The notes: generated by a model from the letters alone, not told the origin. DNA of 64,000 nt from an uncultured Chloroflexia bacterium (GCA_963797095.1 CAWCNY010000005.1:672001-736000); one strand, 5' to 3'. Counted from the stretch's first letter, positions 1 to 10,231 are shown. Numbers and translations: made by a program.

Positions 1-908
1 CACCAACGAGCGCAGAGTTGGGTCGATCCATCGAGCGGGCGAAGAGTAGAGTGGAGCGAACGAGTGCTGTTGGTGCGCAATCAAGGGTACTGGCTCAAGG
101 AACGAGCCAATCGGGAGCGTGCCCTGGACAAACTGGTGGCAGAGTTGGGCAAGTTATGCCTTGTACCAGGTGCGGGGCGAGGCCGACGCCGGTACGGCAG
201 CAAAATGGAGTTGGAAGCAGAAGTTGTCAAACGGATAGCGGCCGCGGGATTCGAGGGAGCGGGAGTGGTAAGGGCACCTGTGATAGAGGTAGAGACAGAG
301 ACAGAGACAGAGACGGTAGCCGGGCGGCCCTACTGGGTGGTTGAGCAGGTTATGGTGGAGGGAACAGCATGGGAGAGGTATGTGGATCGACTAGGGTGGC
401 AAGTCTGTTTGACAAGCACAACAGCCGAGCAGTTGAGTACAAGGCAGGTGTTAGAGACATATTATGGGCAGGTAGTGCACGAGCGGGATTTTGCCCGGCT
501 CAAGAGCCGAGCGGTGCATATCCGACCGGTGTATGTGCGAGATGAGCAACGGATCGCAGGGTTGGTGTGGCTGCTGATGGTGGCATTGCGGGTGCTGGTG
601 ATGACCGAGCAGCGCCTACGAGCAGAGTTGGCCAGGCGGGGAGAAAGCTTGGGAGGCTTGAATCCGGCAAGCCGCACACAGCGAACGGTGCGACCGACCA
701 CAGAACGTGTCCTGGATGCATTTGCGGAGATAACGCTGACGCGCTGGCAGGGAAAAGGTGGGCGATGTGGAGGACATGTCACATCTCTGAACGGGACGCA
801 GCAGCACATCCTCGCCCTGTTGGGGTTGCCACCGGACCTGTATGATCGACTGGCTCATTCTCCTCCTTATTTTGCTGTGGGTTTGTGCGAATGATAAGTG
901 GATCTCAG
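1..908 (+). mobile_element. IS1634-family element, 5' part outside the window (transposase 1..894, right end near 908)
   Basis: Frame is open from base 1. Motifs YYGQVVHERDFARLKS and IRPVYVRDEQRIAGLV are typical of IS1634 DDE transposases. The stop is followed by AAGTGGATCTCAG, which matches the MITE ends at 55238/55457. Confidence 0.85.
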
Positions 909-918
909 CTGTAGTCCC

Positions 919-947
919 TTGACAATAGGGGCTGATTGGGGTACTAA
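919..947 (+). promoter_or_regulatory. Putative sigma70 promoter of the pheST leader
   Basis: TTGACA at 919-924, 17-bp spacer, TACTAA at 942-947. Confidence 0.5.
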
Positions 948-974
948 ATATGGGAGTACAATGAAATAGGAAGT

Positions 975-1278
975 AAAGGCAACGACGGAGAGAGTAGGTT
1001 GGGCGGTCGCGCCCAGGGAGGGTATGGCCGGAGACTGTGAGCCAGCCCCGTTGAACCCGACTGAAGTTCACTCCTGAGCCGGCAGGTGAAAGGCTTCTCT
1101 GCTGCGTAGCGCGTACTGCTTACTGCGTAAGGCGGTTGGGAAGTTTGGTAGTTTGCCCCGGTTGCTCGCCGTTATTGAGTTTTGAGCGATCCACCTTCGC
1201 TAGGTGAGGGGTTGGATCGAAATCAGGGTGGTACCACGTGGCCGCGCTTCGTCCCTGGCGAGAGCGCGGTTTTTGTTT
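975..1278 (+). ncRNA. T-box riboswitch (Phe specifier)
   Basis: T-box CAGGGTGGTACCACG at 1224-1238; specifier GAAG-TTC (Phe) at 1063-1069; terminator follows; lies upstream of pheS. Confidence 0.93.
1241..1278 (+). terminator. T-box attenuator terminator
   Basis: GCCGCGCTTCG...CGAGAGCGCGGT followed by TTTTGTTT. Confidence 0.85.
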
Positions 1279-1287
1279 GGACGGAAG

Positions 1288-1400
1288 GTGGCGAGTGGCG
1301 AGTGGCGAGTGGCGAGCGGCGAGCGGCGAGCGACGAGTGACGAGTGACCAGGAACTAGGGACTAGGGACTAGGAACTTTCGTCCTTCGTCCATCGTCGTC
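1288..1400 (+). repeat. Composite heptamer repeat (GGCGAGT/GACGAGT, RACTAGG, TTCGTCC modules)
   Basis: Consecutive 7-bp units read directly from the sequence. Confidence 0.9.
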
Positions 1401-1412
1401 AGGGGAGGTGTT

Positions 1413-2489
1413 ATGAGTAGTTTGCAGGAACAGATTGAGGAAGCCCGGCGGGAGGCGCTTGCTTCGCTTGGTGGCGTGTCGGATAGCGCGGGGCTGGAGG
1501 AATGGAACCGCGAATGGCTTGGGAAGAAGGGGCGGCTGACGGCGCTGTTCAGGGGCGTTGGCGGGCTGCCCGCAGAGGAGCGCGCAGGTGCAGGGCAAGC
1601 TATCAATGCCGCCAAGGCCGACCTTGAGGCGGCTTATCAGGGTGCGCTGGAGACGATCAGCGCGGGGGAGCGCGAGAAGCGGTTGGAGGCCGAGGCGGTA
1701 GATATCACGTTGCCGGGACGGCCTGTGCATGCGGGGCATTTGCATGTGATCACGCAGACTGCGCGCGACATATTGAAGGCTTTTCGAGATATGGGGTTCC
1801 AGGTGTACGAGGGGCCGGATATCGAGCTTGAGGAGTATAACTTCCAGTTGTTGAATATACCGCCGGAGCACCCGGCGCGCTCGATGCAGGATACTTTCTA
1901 TGTTGACGACCGGTTGCTGGGCATGAGGCCACCGGGGGCAAGTATGGACGAATTGCCGCCGGCGGTGTTGAGGACGCATACTTCGCCCAATCAAATACGG
2001 ATGATGCGCAAGATCGCGCCACCGCTCAGGTTGATCGTGCCGGGGAAGTGCTATCGCTCGGAGGCGACGGATGCCACGCACGAGGCGTACTTCACGCAGG
2101 TGGAGGGGCTAGCGGTCGATAGGAACATCACGCTGGCCGATTTGAAGGGAACGTTGGCGGCGTTCGCCCGCGCCATGTTCGGGTCGGACAGGAAGGTGCG
2201 GTTCAGGTGCGACTATTTCCCTTATGTGGAGCCCGGGGTGGATTTGGCGATCAATTGCATCAATTGCGATGGGTCGGGGTGCAGGTCGTGCAAGTACACG
2301 GGCTGGCTGGAGATCATGGGGGCGGGGATGGTGCACCCGCAAGTGCTTCTGAACGGGGGGATCGACCCGGACGAGTACAGTGGGTTCGCGTTCGGCATGG
2401 GGCCGGAGAGGATCTCTATGCTGAGGCATGGGATTGATGACATCCGGTTGTTCTATTCGAATGATTTGAGGTTTCTGCAGCAATTCTGA
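1413..2489 (+). CDS. pheS: Phenylalanine--tRNA ligase alpha subunit
   Basis: HPARSMQDTFY, LRTHTSP, FPYVEP, GFAFGMGPERI. Confidence 0.99.
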   Translation: MSSLQEQIEEARREALASLGGVSDSAGLEEWNREWLGKKGRLTALFRGVGGLPAEERAGAGQAINAAKADLEAAYQGALETISAGEREKRLEAEAVDITLPGRPVHAGHLHVITQTARDILKAFRDMGFQVYEGPDIELEEYNFQLLNIPPEHPARSMQDTFYVDDRLLGMRPPGASMDELPPAVLRTHTSPNQIRMMRKIAPPLRLIVPGKCYRSEATDATHEAYFTQVEGLAVDRNITLADLKGTLAAFARAMFGSDRKVRFRCDYFPYVEPGVDLAINCINCDGSGCRSCKYTGWLEIMGAGMVHPQVLLNGGIDPDEYSGFAFGMGPERISMLRHGIDDIRLFYSNDLRFLQQF

Positions 2490-2496
2490 TTGGAAT

Positions 2497-2524
2497 GGCG
2501 AGTGACGAGTGACGAGTGACGAAT
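2497..2524 (+). repeat. Heptamer repeat (GACGAGT)n
   Basis: 4 units between pheS and pheT. Confidence 0.85.
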
Positions 2525-2591
2525 GCTGGCACTTGATGCGTGATGTGGGAGTAGGGTTGTTGCTTGCTGATTACTTGTTGGGAGGAAAGAT

Positions 2592-5231
2592 ATGCCATTA
2601 AGAGCGCCACTTTCGTGGCTTCGAGAGTATCTTGAGCTAACGGCTTCGCTTGAGGAGCTTGCGCGGCGGCTTACGCTGGCGGGGCAGGAGGTGGAGCATA
2701 TCGTGACGGTCGGTGATGAGTGGGAGAACATCTACACGGGGCAGGTAGTGAAACTGGAGAGGCATCCCAACGCCGACCGGCTGAACCTGGCTACCGTGGA
2801 ATACGGGGCGGATAGCGCGATCACGGTAGTGACGGGAGCGCCGAATATCGAGGAGGGGCAGAAGGTGGTGCTGGGGTTGCTGGGGTCGAGGTATATCGAC
2901 CAACATCAAGATCCATCAAAGGATGCGTTACCACGCAATGGCCTTAAGTGGTCGCGCCTGAAGCCCGCCAAGATACGGGGCGTGCAGACCGAGGGGATGG
3001 TGATGTCGGAGGCGGAGCTGGGGTTGTCGGAGGAGCACGAAGGGATTATCGTGTTGGACCCCGGCACGCCACTTGGCTTACCGGCGCGTGAAGTGCTTGG
3101 GGATACAGTGTTGCAGATAGATGTGACGCCTAATAATGGGCGGGTGCTGAGTATGATCGGGCTGGATAGGGAGATCTCCGCGATATTCGGGGGAAAGGTG
3201 CAGTGGCCTTCGAGCGAATGGCAGGCCGGCGGGCCATCTGTGCATGACGTACTGAAGATAGAGATAGCGGACCCCGATCTGTGCTCTCGGTACTCGGCGG
3301 CGGTGATCAAGGGGGTGCGGCTTGGGCCTTCGCCCCAGTGGATGCAGAAGCGGCTCACGCTGGCGGGGATGAGGCCGATCAGCAACATCGTAGACATTAC
3401 CAACTATGTGATGCTGGAGATGGGGCAACCACTGCATGCGTTCGATTACAACACGGTGGAGGGGCACAAGGTGATCGTGAGGCGGGCGCGGCCGGGCGAG
3501 AGGCTGGTGACGCTGGACCACGTGGACCGGGCGCTTGATCCTAATATGCTGGCGATCTGCGACGTTGAAAGACCGGTGGGGTTGGCGGGGGTGATGGGCG
3601 GATTGAACAGCGAGATCGAGGGGGAGGAAGGCGATCGTGTTGATGTGCTGCTGGAATCGGCGCATTTCGACCCCGGCAACACAAGGCGAACGGCGAGGCT
3701 GTTGCGTTTACCTTCGGAGGCGTCACATAGGTTCGAGCGGTTCGTTGACCCCAATTTGACGGTGCCCGCATTGAAGCGAGCCGCAGAGTTGATGCGGCAG
3801 TTGGGCGATGGGACTATAGCGGAGGGATATATAGATGAATATCCGGTGCCGAGCAAGCCAAAGCGGATGATGTTCTACACGTCGGAGGTGGAGCGGTTGC
3901 TGGGGATCAGGGTGGCACCAAGCCAGGTGGCCGATGTGCTGCGTAGGCTTGAGTTCGGGGTGGATATTCCGGACAACGCCGACGTGGTTGGGCAGGATAC
4001 CACGCTGATGGTGGACGTTCCTACGTACAGGAACGATGTGGTCATACAGGCCGACCTGGTGGAGGAAGTGGCGCGCATCACGGGCTACGACCTGATCCCT
4101 GAGACGTTGATCGTGGGGGGCTTGCCTCCACAGGAAGTGAATGCATCACTGGAGACGGAGGCGGAGATCCGCGATCTGATGGTGGCGTGCGGCATGGACG
4201 AGGTGATCAACTACTCGGTGACCTGGAGCGGTGCGCTTGAGAAGATGGCGGAGATGGGCGAAGGACGAAGGGTGAAGGGCGAAGGACGAGCGGAGTATGA
4301 CGCCTGGGATACGGCCCGCCTGCTGGTTACTATCGTGAACCCGGTCAGCAGCCGCCAGGATGTCATGAGGCCGACCCTGCTGCCTAATATGCTGGATACG
4401 TTGAGGAACAACTTGAAGATGCAGGCCGAAACACCGGTGCGTATCTTTGAGTTGGGCAAGGTGTACCTTTCGCCGACCGAGGCAGAGATCGAGGCGCGGC
4501 GGGAGGTTATGCGGAAGGAGCGCGAGAGGTACCCGCGCATGAACCAGTGGCCGCCCGTGGAGAACGAGGACAAGATGCCTATCGAGCCGCGCAGGATGAT
4601 GGGGATGATGGCGGGGCCGCACACGCCCCGTTCTCTGTACGCGCCCGACAGCGAGAAGGCAGAGGAGATGCTCGATTACTTCGATGCCAAGGGCGTGGTG
4701 GAGGAGTTGATAGGGCAGATGCACATCGCGGGAGTGGAGTGGGTGCCTGTGGATGCGCCACTGTTCCACCCCGGCAGGGTCGCCATGCTGCGGAAGGATG
4801 GCGTGGAATTGGGCGTGGTCGGAGAGTTGCACCCCAATCTGCTGGCGGAATGGGAGGTGCCCGCGTCGCGGGTGGCTGCCTTCGACCTGGACGTGGAGGC
4901 GCTTATAAGCGCGCTGCCTAACAGGGTGCGGTATAAGACGATCAGCGCGTACCCGCCTGTGAGACAGGATATGGCATTCGTGGTTGATGAAGGGGTGGAG
5001 GCGGCGCGAGTGGCGGAAGGGATCAGGCGAGCAGGAGGCGATGCCGTGACGGGCGTGAGCCTGTTCGATATCTACCGGGGCAAGCCTGTGCCGGAGGGCC
5101 GCAAGAGCCTGGCGTTCGCCGTGACGCTCAACTCGCCGGAGAAGCCGCTGAGCGAGGAGGAAGTGGCGCGGATACGAAAGAAGATCGAGGGAATGCTGGC
5201 GAGGGAGCTGGGAGCGCAGTTGCGCAGCTAA
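2592..5231 (+). CDS. pheT: Phenylalanine--tRNA ligase beta subunit
   Basis: HPNADRL, VDITNYVMLEMGQPLHAFD, DLVEEVARI, GRKSLAF. Confidence 0.99.
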   Translation: MPLRAPLSWLREYLELTASLEELARRLTLAGQEVEHIVTVGDEWENIYTGQVVKLERHPNADRLNLATVEYGADSAITVVTGAPNIEEGQKVVLGLLGSRYIDQHQDPSKDALPRNGLKWSRLKPAKIRGVQTEGMVMSEAELGLSEEHEGIIVLDPGTPLGLPAREVLGDTVLQIDVTPNNGRVLSMIGLDREISAIFGGKVQWPSSEWQAGGPSVHDVLKIEIADPDLCSRYSAAVIKGVRLGPSPQWMQKRLTLAGMRPISNIVDITNYVMLEMGQPLHAFDYNTVEGHKVIVRRARPGERLVTLDHVDRALDPNMLAICDVERPVGLAGVMGGLNSEIEGEEGDRVDVLLESAHFDPGNTRRTARLLRLPSEASHRFERFVDPNLTVPALKRAAELMRQLGDGTIAEGYIDEYPVPSKPKRMMFYTSEVERLLGIRVAPSQVADVLRRLEFGVDIPDNADVVGQDTTLMVDVPTYRNDVVIQADLVEEVARITGYDLIPETLIVGGLPPQEVNASLETEAEIRDLMVACGMDEVINYSVTWSGALEKMAEMGEGRRVKGEGRAEYDAWDTARLLVTIVNPVSSRQDVMRPTLLPNMLDTLRNNLKMQAETPVRIFELGKVYLSPTEAEIEARREVMRKERERYPRMNQWPPVENEDKMPIEPRRMMGMMAGPHTPRSLYAPDSEKAEEMLDYFDAKGVVEELIGQMHIAGVEWVPVDAPLFHPGRVAMLRKDGVELGVVGELHPNLLAEWEVPASRVAAFDLDVEALISALPNRVRYKTISAYPPVRQDMAFVVDEGVEAARVAEGIRRAGGDAVTGVSLFDIYRGKPVPEGRKSLAFAVTLNSPEKPLSEEEVARIRKKIEGMLARELGAQLRS

Positions 5232-5258
5232 ACTCGACAAAGGAAAGGGAAAGCTGTT

Positions 5259-7029
5259 ATGCGAGTGGCCGCAATCTACGATGTGCATGGGAACCTGCCC
5301 GCGCTTGAGGCGGTGCTCGATGAGGTTCGTCAAGCGAAGGTGGACTTAGTAGTGGTGGGCGGTGATGTGCTTCCAGGCCCAATGTCACGCGAAACAATTG
5401 CCTGTTTGCTGGACCTCGAAATACCTGTAGAGTTTATACAGGGCAACGGCGAACGCGAGATGCTTGCGCTGATGGCAGGCTCGGATGCGGTCGGCATCCC
5501 TGAGAGGTTTCGAGAGGGAGTGCGTTGGGTAGGCAGGCAGGTTCAGCCTGAATATGAGGGGCTGATAGCAAGCTGGCTCAAGACAGTCTCAGTAGAGATC
5601 GATGGGTTGGGGGAGGTGCTGTTTTGCCATGCGACACCGCGCAACGATACCGAGATATTTACCCGGCTCACGCCCGAAGACCGCCTCTTGCCTGTCTTTG
5701 AGGGGGTTAGTGCGCGCCTGGTCGTGTGCGGGCACACGCATATGCAATTTGACCGAACGATAGGAGGGGTGCGGGTCGTGAATGCCGGGAGCGTGGGAAT
5801 GCCGTATGGGGAAGCAGGGGCGTACTGGCTCTTGTTGGGGCCTGACGTTGAGTTTCGACATACGCGCTATGACCTGGCGGAAGCAGCTGAACGCGTTGGG
5901 AGCACTGATTATCCGCAGGCACAAGATTTCGCGGCAAATAATGTATGCTGCTGCCCGGCAGGGCACCTTACCTTCTGTGCCTCCCAATCCACCGCAAAAC
6001 AGCCCGCCGCATACCCTTTACCGGCTTGCGCTTGCCAACTACTGTCATCAGGTAGCGGTCCCACTAATCGCACCTCGTACTGCTCCTTACTGGCTACTAA
6101 TCGGGCAGAGTTGACGTAGCCAGCATCAACCAGGTGTTCAGTTGGTAACAGATCGCGTTCTTTCAGCGCCTGGTGGATCGGTTCTAATGATGCCTCATCC
6201 GTGGCGGTGGCCGAGGTGGTTTCTACGTGGGTGATCAGATGGGGTGTATCATCATCACAAGTCTCGGTGATATGAACCTTATAGCCAACCCAACGCTTTT
6301 CCCGTTTGTTGCCGGTGCGGGCCTCAACATCATAAGGCGAGACAATCAACAAACCGGCAGGGGGTAGGTCATCCACTTCCCGCCAACGCACGATTCCATC
6401 CTTGTCTGGAGCATGGAATTGCTGCAACCAAACCGCTCGCAAAACCTCTACCTGGGGCAGCCATCGTAAGCCCCTCGGCGCCCCTTCAGCATAGATCGCA
6501 CTCAGCAAGCGTACCCCATCAGCACCGATTATGGTGGCCATCGCTCTTCTGGCTTCTTTGCCTTTTGGTAGGTGATAGTCACTGGCGCGATGGCTGTAGC
6601 GCTCGACCCACTCGGGCTCGATAAGGGGGCCAAGCCAGTGGGGGTCTGCCTCTGCCAACTCATTGAGAGCTGAGCGCATGGTTTCAACACAATTGACCAG
6701 ACGGCCCACCGATCGTACCGCCGCTAGTACGTGAGTGGAGTCAGTGCGAGCACGCCCCCTTGCTTTGAGTAATCCTCGATCTTGTAGCGCTTCGAGCAGG
6801 GTATCAAGCAAGCGCATTTCGAGGCCACCAGCGATTAGGCGGGTGCGAAACTCGGACAAAACAGAGCTATCAAAGCCAGGATGGTGCAGCGGAAGGGCAA
6901 GAGCATATTTCCAAGCGAGGTGTCCGCGCACGGCGTCGGCGGCTTGTTCATCGCTCAGCAAATAATGTGCTGAATCCTCCTTCGGAGGAAGAAGCGCTCA
7001 AGGTGTTTACCCCGGCTGAATTGAAGTAG
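5259..7029 (+). pseudogene. YfcE-like metallophosphoesterase interrupted near its 3' end by a transposase fragment
   Basis: DVHGN, GGD, GHTH and NAGSVG motifs. Joining 5259-5944 to 6969-7029 restores a 248-aa ORF ending ...ANNVLNPPSEEEALKVFTPAELK*. Confidence 0.85.
5945..6957 (-). mobile_element. Internal fragment of an IS1182-family transposase, no IRs, flanked by 11-bp direct repeat GCAAATAATGT
   Basis: LSDEQAADAVRG..WKYAL, RTDSTHV, VGYKVHITETCD, LVDAGY; both protein termini are missing; direct repeats at 5934-5944 and 6958-6968. Confidence 0.9.
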
Positions 7030-8254
7030 ACGTTTCGCGCATTGCGATAAGGGGTGAGAAGAGCAGCCAGAGAGCCGCTACGAAGAAGCCGCCCACGGCT
7101 ACCAGCAAGGTGAAGCGGGCGCTGGTGGAGGTGGCAAGCACACCGGCTACGATAGCGCCGAGGGGGCCCGCGCCGCCTGTGAGGAACTGGGTGGTGGCGA
7201 TCACGCGGCCCAGGAGGCGGGATGAGGTGGTCATCTGGCGCAGGCTGTTCTCGCCTATTTGATAGACCTCCCAGGCTATGTCGCCCAGGAACTGGGCCAG
7301 GAACATCATGACAATCACCAGCACGACAGGGCCTGCGGCGAGAGGCACAAGTAGCTCGAAGGTGGAAGTTGTAAAGGCGGCCAGCACGAGCAGGCGGCCC
7401 AACCCGAAACGCCGCGCGAGCCGCCCGGCGCTGGCCGCGCCGATCAGCGCACCCACACCTCCCGCCGAGATCATGAGGCCGATTATGCCGCTCGAAAGGT
7501 GAAGCTCGTTGATGGCGAAGAAGGTATAGAGGGTAGCGAAGAACCAGCCGAAGAAACTCTGTAGAAGCCCGGCCACCGCCAGCGTACGAAGGATGGGGGT
7601 GCGCCAGAGGGTGGAGAGACCTTCGCGGGTCTCACGCCAGACATTGTGGGTTTCGTGGCCTTCCTCGCGCATGGGCGGGACCTCAGGGGTGCGGATCAGA
7701 GCGAGCCAGAAGGCCGACCAGAGGAAGGAGACCACGTCGAAGAGCATGGTGAAGGGAGCGCTAATCACCTGCACCAACAGGCCGACGAAGGCAGGGCCGC
7801 CTACTTCGGAGAGCGACCCGGTGAGGCTGAGGCGGCTGTTAGCCTCCATGATCTGTTCGCGCGGGACGATGCTGGGGAGATAGGAGCGGTCGGCCACGTT
7901 GAACACCAGGGTGAGGATTGCATGGAGACCAGCGGCCAGGTAGAGTTGCCAGAGATGGAGGCCGTTGAAGAAGGCCGCAATGGGGATGGTGAGGAGGGTG
8001 GCAGCGCGAAGCAGGTCGGTGGCGATCAGGAGGGGGCGGCGCGGCAGGCGGTCGACCCACACGCCCACAAAGAGGCCAAGGAGGAGCACCGGCACAGCCT
8101 GAGACACCGAAAGGATGCTCATTTGGGCGGCGGTGGCCGACATGGTGAGCACGGTAGCGTAGGCAAAGGCCTCGCGCGTAATATTCGAGCCGAACGCCGA
8201 TACAGCCTGGGCGGTCCAGAGCTTCTTAAAGTCGCTGTTGAGGCCGGTGCGCAT
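7007..8254 (-). CDS. MFS transporter (DHA3/EntS-like)
   Basis: About 12 hydrophobic segments; GVWVDRLPRRPLLI motif A. Confidence 0.9.
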   Translation of the reverse strand: MRTGLNSDFKKLWTAQAVSAFGSNITREAFAYATVLTMSATAAQMSILSVSQAVPVLLLGLFVGVWVDRLPRRPLLIATDLLRAATLLTIPIAAFFNGLHLWQLYLAAGLHAILTLVFNVADRSYLPSIVPREQIMEANSRLSLTGSLSEVGGPAFVGLLVQVISAPFTMLFDVVSFLWSAFWLALIRTPEVPPMREEGHETHNVWRETREGLSTLWRTPILRTLAVAGLLQSFFGWFFATLYTFFAINELHLSSGIIGLMISAGGVGALIGAASAGRLARRFGLGRLLVLAAFTTSTFELLVPLAAGPVVLVIVMMFLAQFLGDIAWEVYQIGENSLRQMTTSSRLLGRVIATTQFLTGGAGPLGAIVAGVLATSTSARFTLLVAVGGFFVAALWLLFSPLIAMRETSTSIQPG

Positions 8255-8258
8255 CAGC

Positions 8259-8912
8259 CTATGGCTGGGCAGGTCGCGGCTCGGTGGTGTAGACCGCCTG
8301 CACCATTCCCTTGTTTATGAAGGCAAGGTCGCGCCGCCAGGTCAAGGCAGAATTGGTGTGGAGGTAGATGACAGCCTGGGTGAGCGGGAAGAAGGGGTCC
8401 TGGGCGTCGAGAAGGTTCTCGATGGTGCTGCCTTCGAGCAGATGGCAAAGGCCCGACACTACGAAGGTGGCGGTGAAGACGTAGCAGGGCCTGGGCGTTC
8501 GACTGACCTGGAACTGGCGCTGGCTGCCCAGGGGCGTGCCAGCGTTCGTAAGTCCACGCGTAGCTAGGGGCCCTGAGGGCAAGGAGCCTGGGGGGAGTGG
8601 GCCGGAAGGGAGGGGACCTGAGAGGTGGGGATCGGTTATGTTTTCGGGGGTTGCCATAGCCGCTACCACATGGATGTGGGGGCGTGCCACGAAGACGGGG
8701 TCGGTGATGGTCTTAGGGTTGGCAGTCTGGCTGAGAGGAGACAGCGATGCCTCCTCCACGATGAGGTTTTCGCGATCCCTGCGGTTCACGAGGTCCGATG
8801 TACGCTGGAAAGGGCCAAGCATAGTACCTCGGATGACGAGGGTGTTGGTATAGATTTCCACCTGATGCGCGTTCAGGCTAGCGGTGGAAAGAGTGTAGCG
8901 ATCCGTGTCCAT
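8259..8912 (-). CDS. Hypothetical protein with two similar small beta domains and a Pro/Gly linker
   Basis: 217-aa ORF adjacent to the MFS gene; PLPSG repeats between the two halves. Confidence 0.7.
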   Translation of the reverse strand: MDTDRYTLSTASLNAHQVEIYTNTLVIRGTMLGPFQRTSDLVNRRDRENLIVEEASLSPLSQTANPKTITDPVFVARPHIHVVAAMATPENITDPHLSGPLPSGPLPPGSLPSGPLATRGLTNAGTPLGSQRQFQVSRTPRPCYVFTATFVVSGLCHLLEGSTIENLLDAQDPFFPLTQAVIYLHTNSALTWRRDLAFINKGMVQAVYTTEPRPAQP

Positions 8913-9026
8913 AGGCTTGTCAGTGATTGGAGACTGAAGATGCTAACAACCGACAATTGATAAGCGATAGGGTATAATAGGCAGTCGGATCATACCATAA
9001 GAAATCAAGCGAGGCTAGATAGAATA

Positions 9027-10115
9027 GTGGCACCTGAGAACAAGAATAGCATAGGCGAAGGGCGAACGCAACGGTCGGGATCGAGAAGGACCGGAGAGGC
9101 AATTGAACCGGGGCGGATCGCAATCAGATTACACAGTGATGAGAACCCGTATGGGTGTTCTTTGAACGTGCAGGATGTGCTGGCGAGCACCGACCAATAC
9201 CATCTCCCGGCGGACCCGGTATGCACAGACCTGCGGGAGGCATTGAGCGAATATACGGGCTTCGCGCCCGACCGGATCGTGGCGGGGGCGGGAACGGGCG
9301 AGCTAACGGAGAGGCTGTTACACGGGTTCCTTGAGCCGGGCGACGCGCTGATTACTTGCCCACCGTCGCTACCGCAGCCGTCGCTGGGGGCGTCACGGGC
9401 GAGGGTGGCGGTAGTGCAGGTGCCGCGCACCGAGCGGTTCGATATTGACCCGGATGCCATTATCACGACCATGCGGCGGCAGACTAACATCAAGATGGTG
9501 GCACTATCGTCGCCAAACAACCCGACGGGGAGCGTGACCAACCACAGCGCGATCATCAGGCTGTTGCAGACAGGGGTATGGGTGCTGGTGGACGAGAGCT
9601 ACTTCGAGTTCTGCGACCGCACTGTCGCGCCTTTTGTGACGGAGTTCGACAACCTGGTGGTGTTGAGGTCGTTCGGGCCGTGGGCGGGGCTGCACGGGCT
9701 GCCGGTGGGGTATGCGCTGGCGTCGAACCGGGTGGTGGCGCGATTGCAGAGGCTGGCGACACCGGGGGGATTGAACAGCGCGGCTCAATTGGCTGGGATC
9801 GCTTCGTTGCAGGATAGGGAGAATTTGCTGGGGAGAGTGCGTAGATTGAGGCTGGAGAGGGGAAGGTTGTTCAGGCAGTTGAGGAAGCTGAACCTGGTGC
9901 AGCCTTATTCGTCGGGTGCGAATTTTATGCTGTGCAGCGTGTTACGGGGGCAGGCTCTGATGATACAAAGGCATTTGCAGGAGGACGGCATCCTGGTGAA
10001 GTCGATTGCCGATAGGTGGCTGCCAAACCACCTGCGGATAGGGGTGGGCAGGCCGGACGACACAAGCGCGCTGATCGCGGCGCTGAAGAAGCTGGCGGGG
10101 CAGGAGAGGATATAG
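9027..10115 (+). CDS. HisC-like class I/II aminotransferase homologue lacking the PLP lysine
   Basis: ENPYG, SPNNPTG and DESYFEF present; LRSFGPWAGLHGLPVGY replaces canonical LRTFSKxxGLAGLRVGY. Confidence 0.88.
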   Translation: MAPENKNSIGEGRTQRSGSRRTGEAIEPGRIAIRLHSDENPYGCSLNVQDVLASTDQYHLPADPVCTDLREALSEYTGFAPDRIVAGAGTGELTERLLHGFLEPGDALITCPPSLPQPSLGASRARVAVVQVPRTERFDIDPDAIITTMRRQTNIKMVALSSPNNPTGSVTNHSAIIRLLQTGVWVLVDESYFEFCDRTVAPFVTEFDNLVVLRSFGPWAGLHGLPVGYALASNRVVARLQRLATPGGLNSAAQLAGIASLQDRENLLGRVRRLRLERGRLFRQLRKLNLVQPYSSGANFMLCSVLRGQALMIQRHLQEDGILVKSIADRWLPNHLRIGVGRPDDTSALIAALKKLAGQERI

Positions 10116-10116
10116 G

Positions 10117-10221
10117 GTGACGAGTAACGAGTAACGAGTGATTACTTCGTACTGCGTACTGCGTATTGCTTACTCCGTCACTCGTCACTCGTCACTCGTC
10201 ACTCGTCACTCGTCACTCGTT
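10117..10221. repeat. Composite inverted heptamer repeat: (RACGAGT)3-(TGCGTAY)4-(GTCACTC)6
   Basis: Left and right arms are reverse complements around a different heptamer core. Confidence 0.92.
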
Positions 10222-10231
10222 ATGAACTAAC

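Noticed and set aside
5259-6119. 286-aa phosphoesterase with a Cys-rich tail
   Set aside because: The tail is read-through into the inserted fragment; the native end is at 6969-7029
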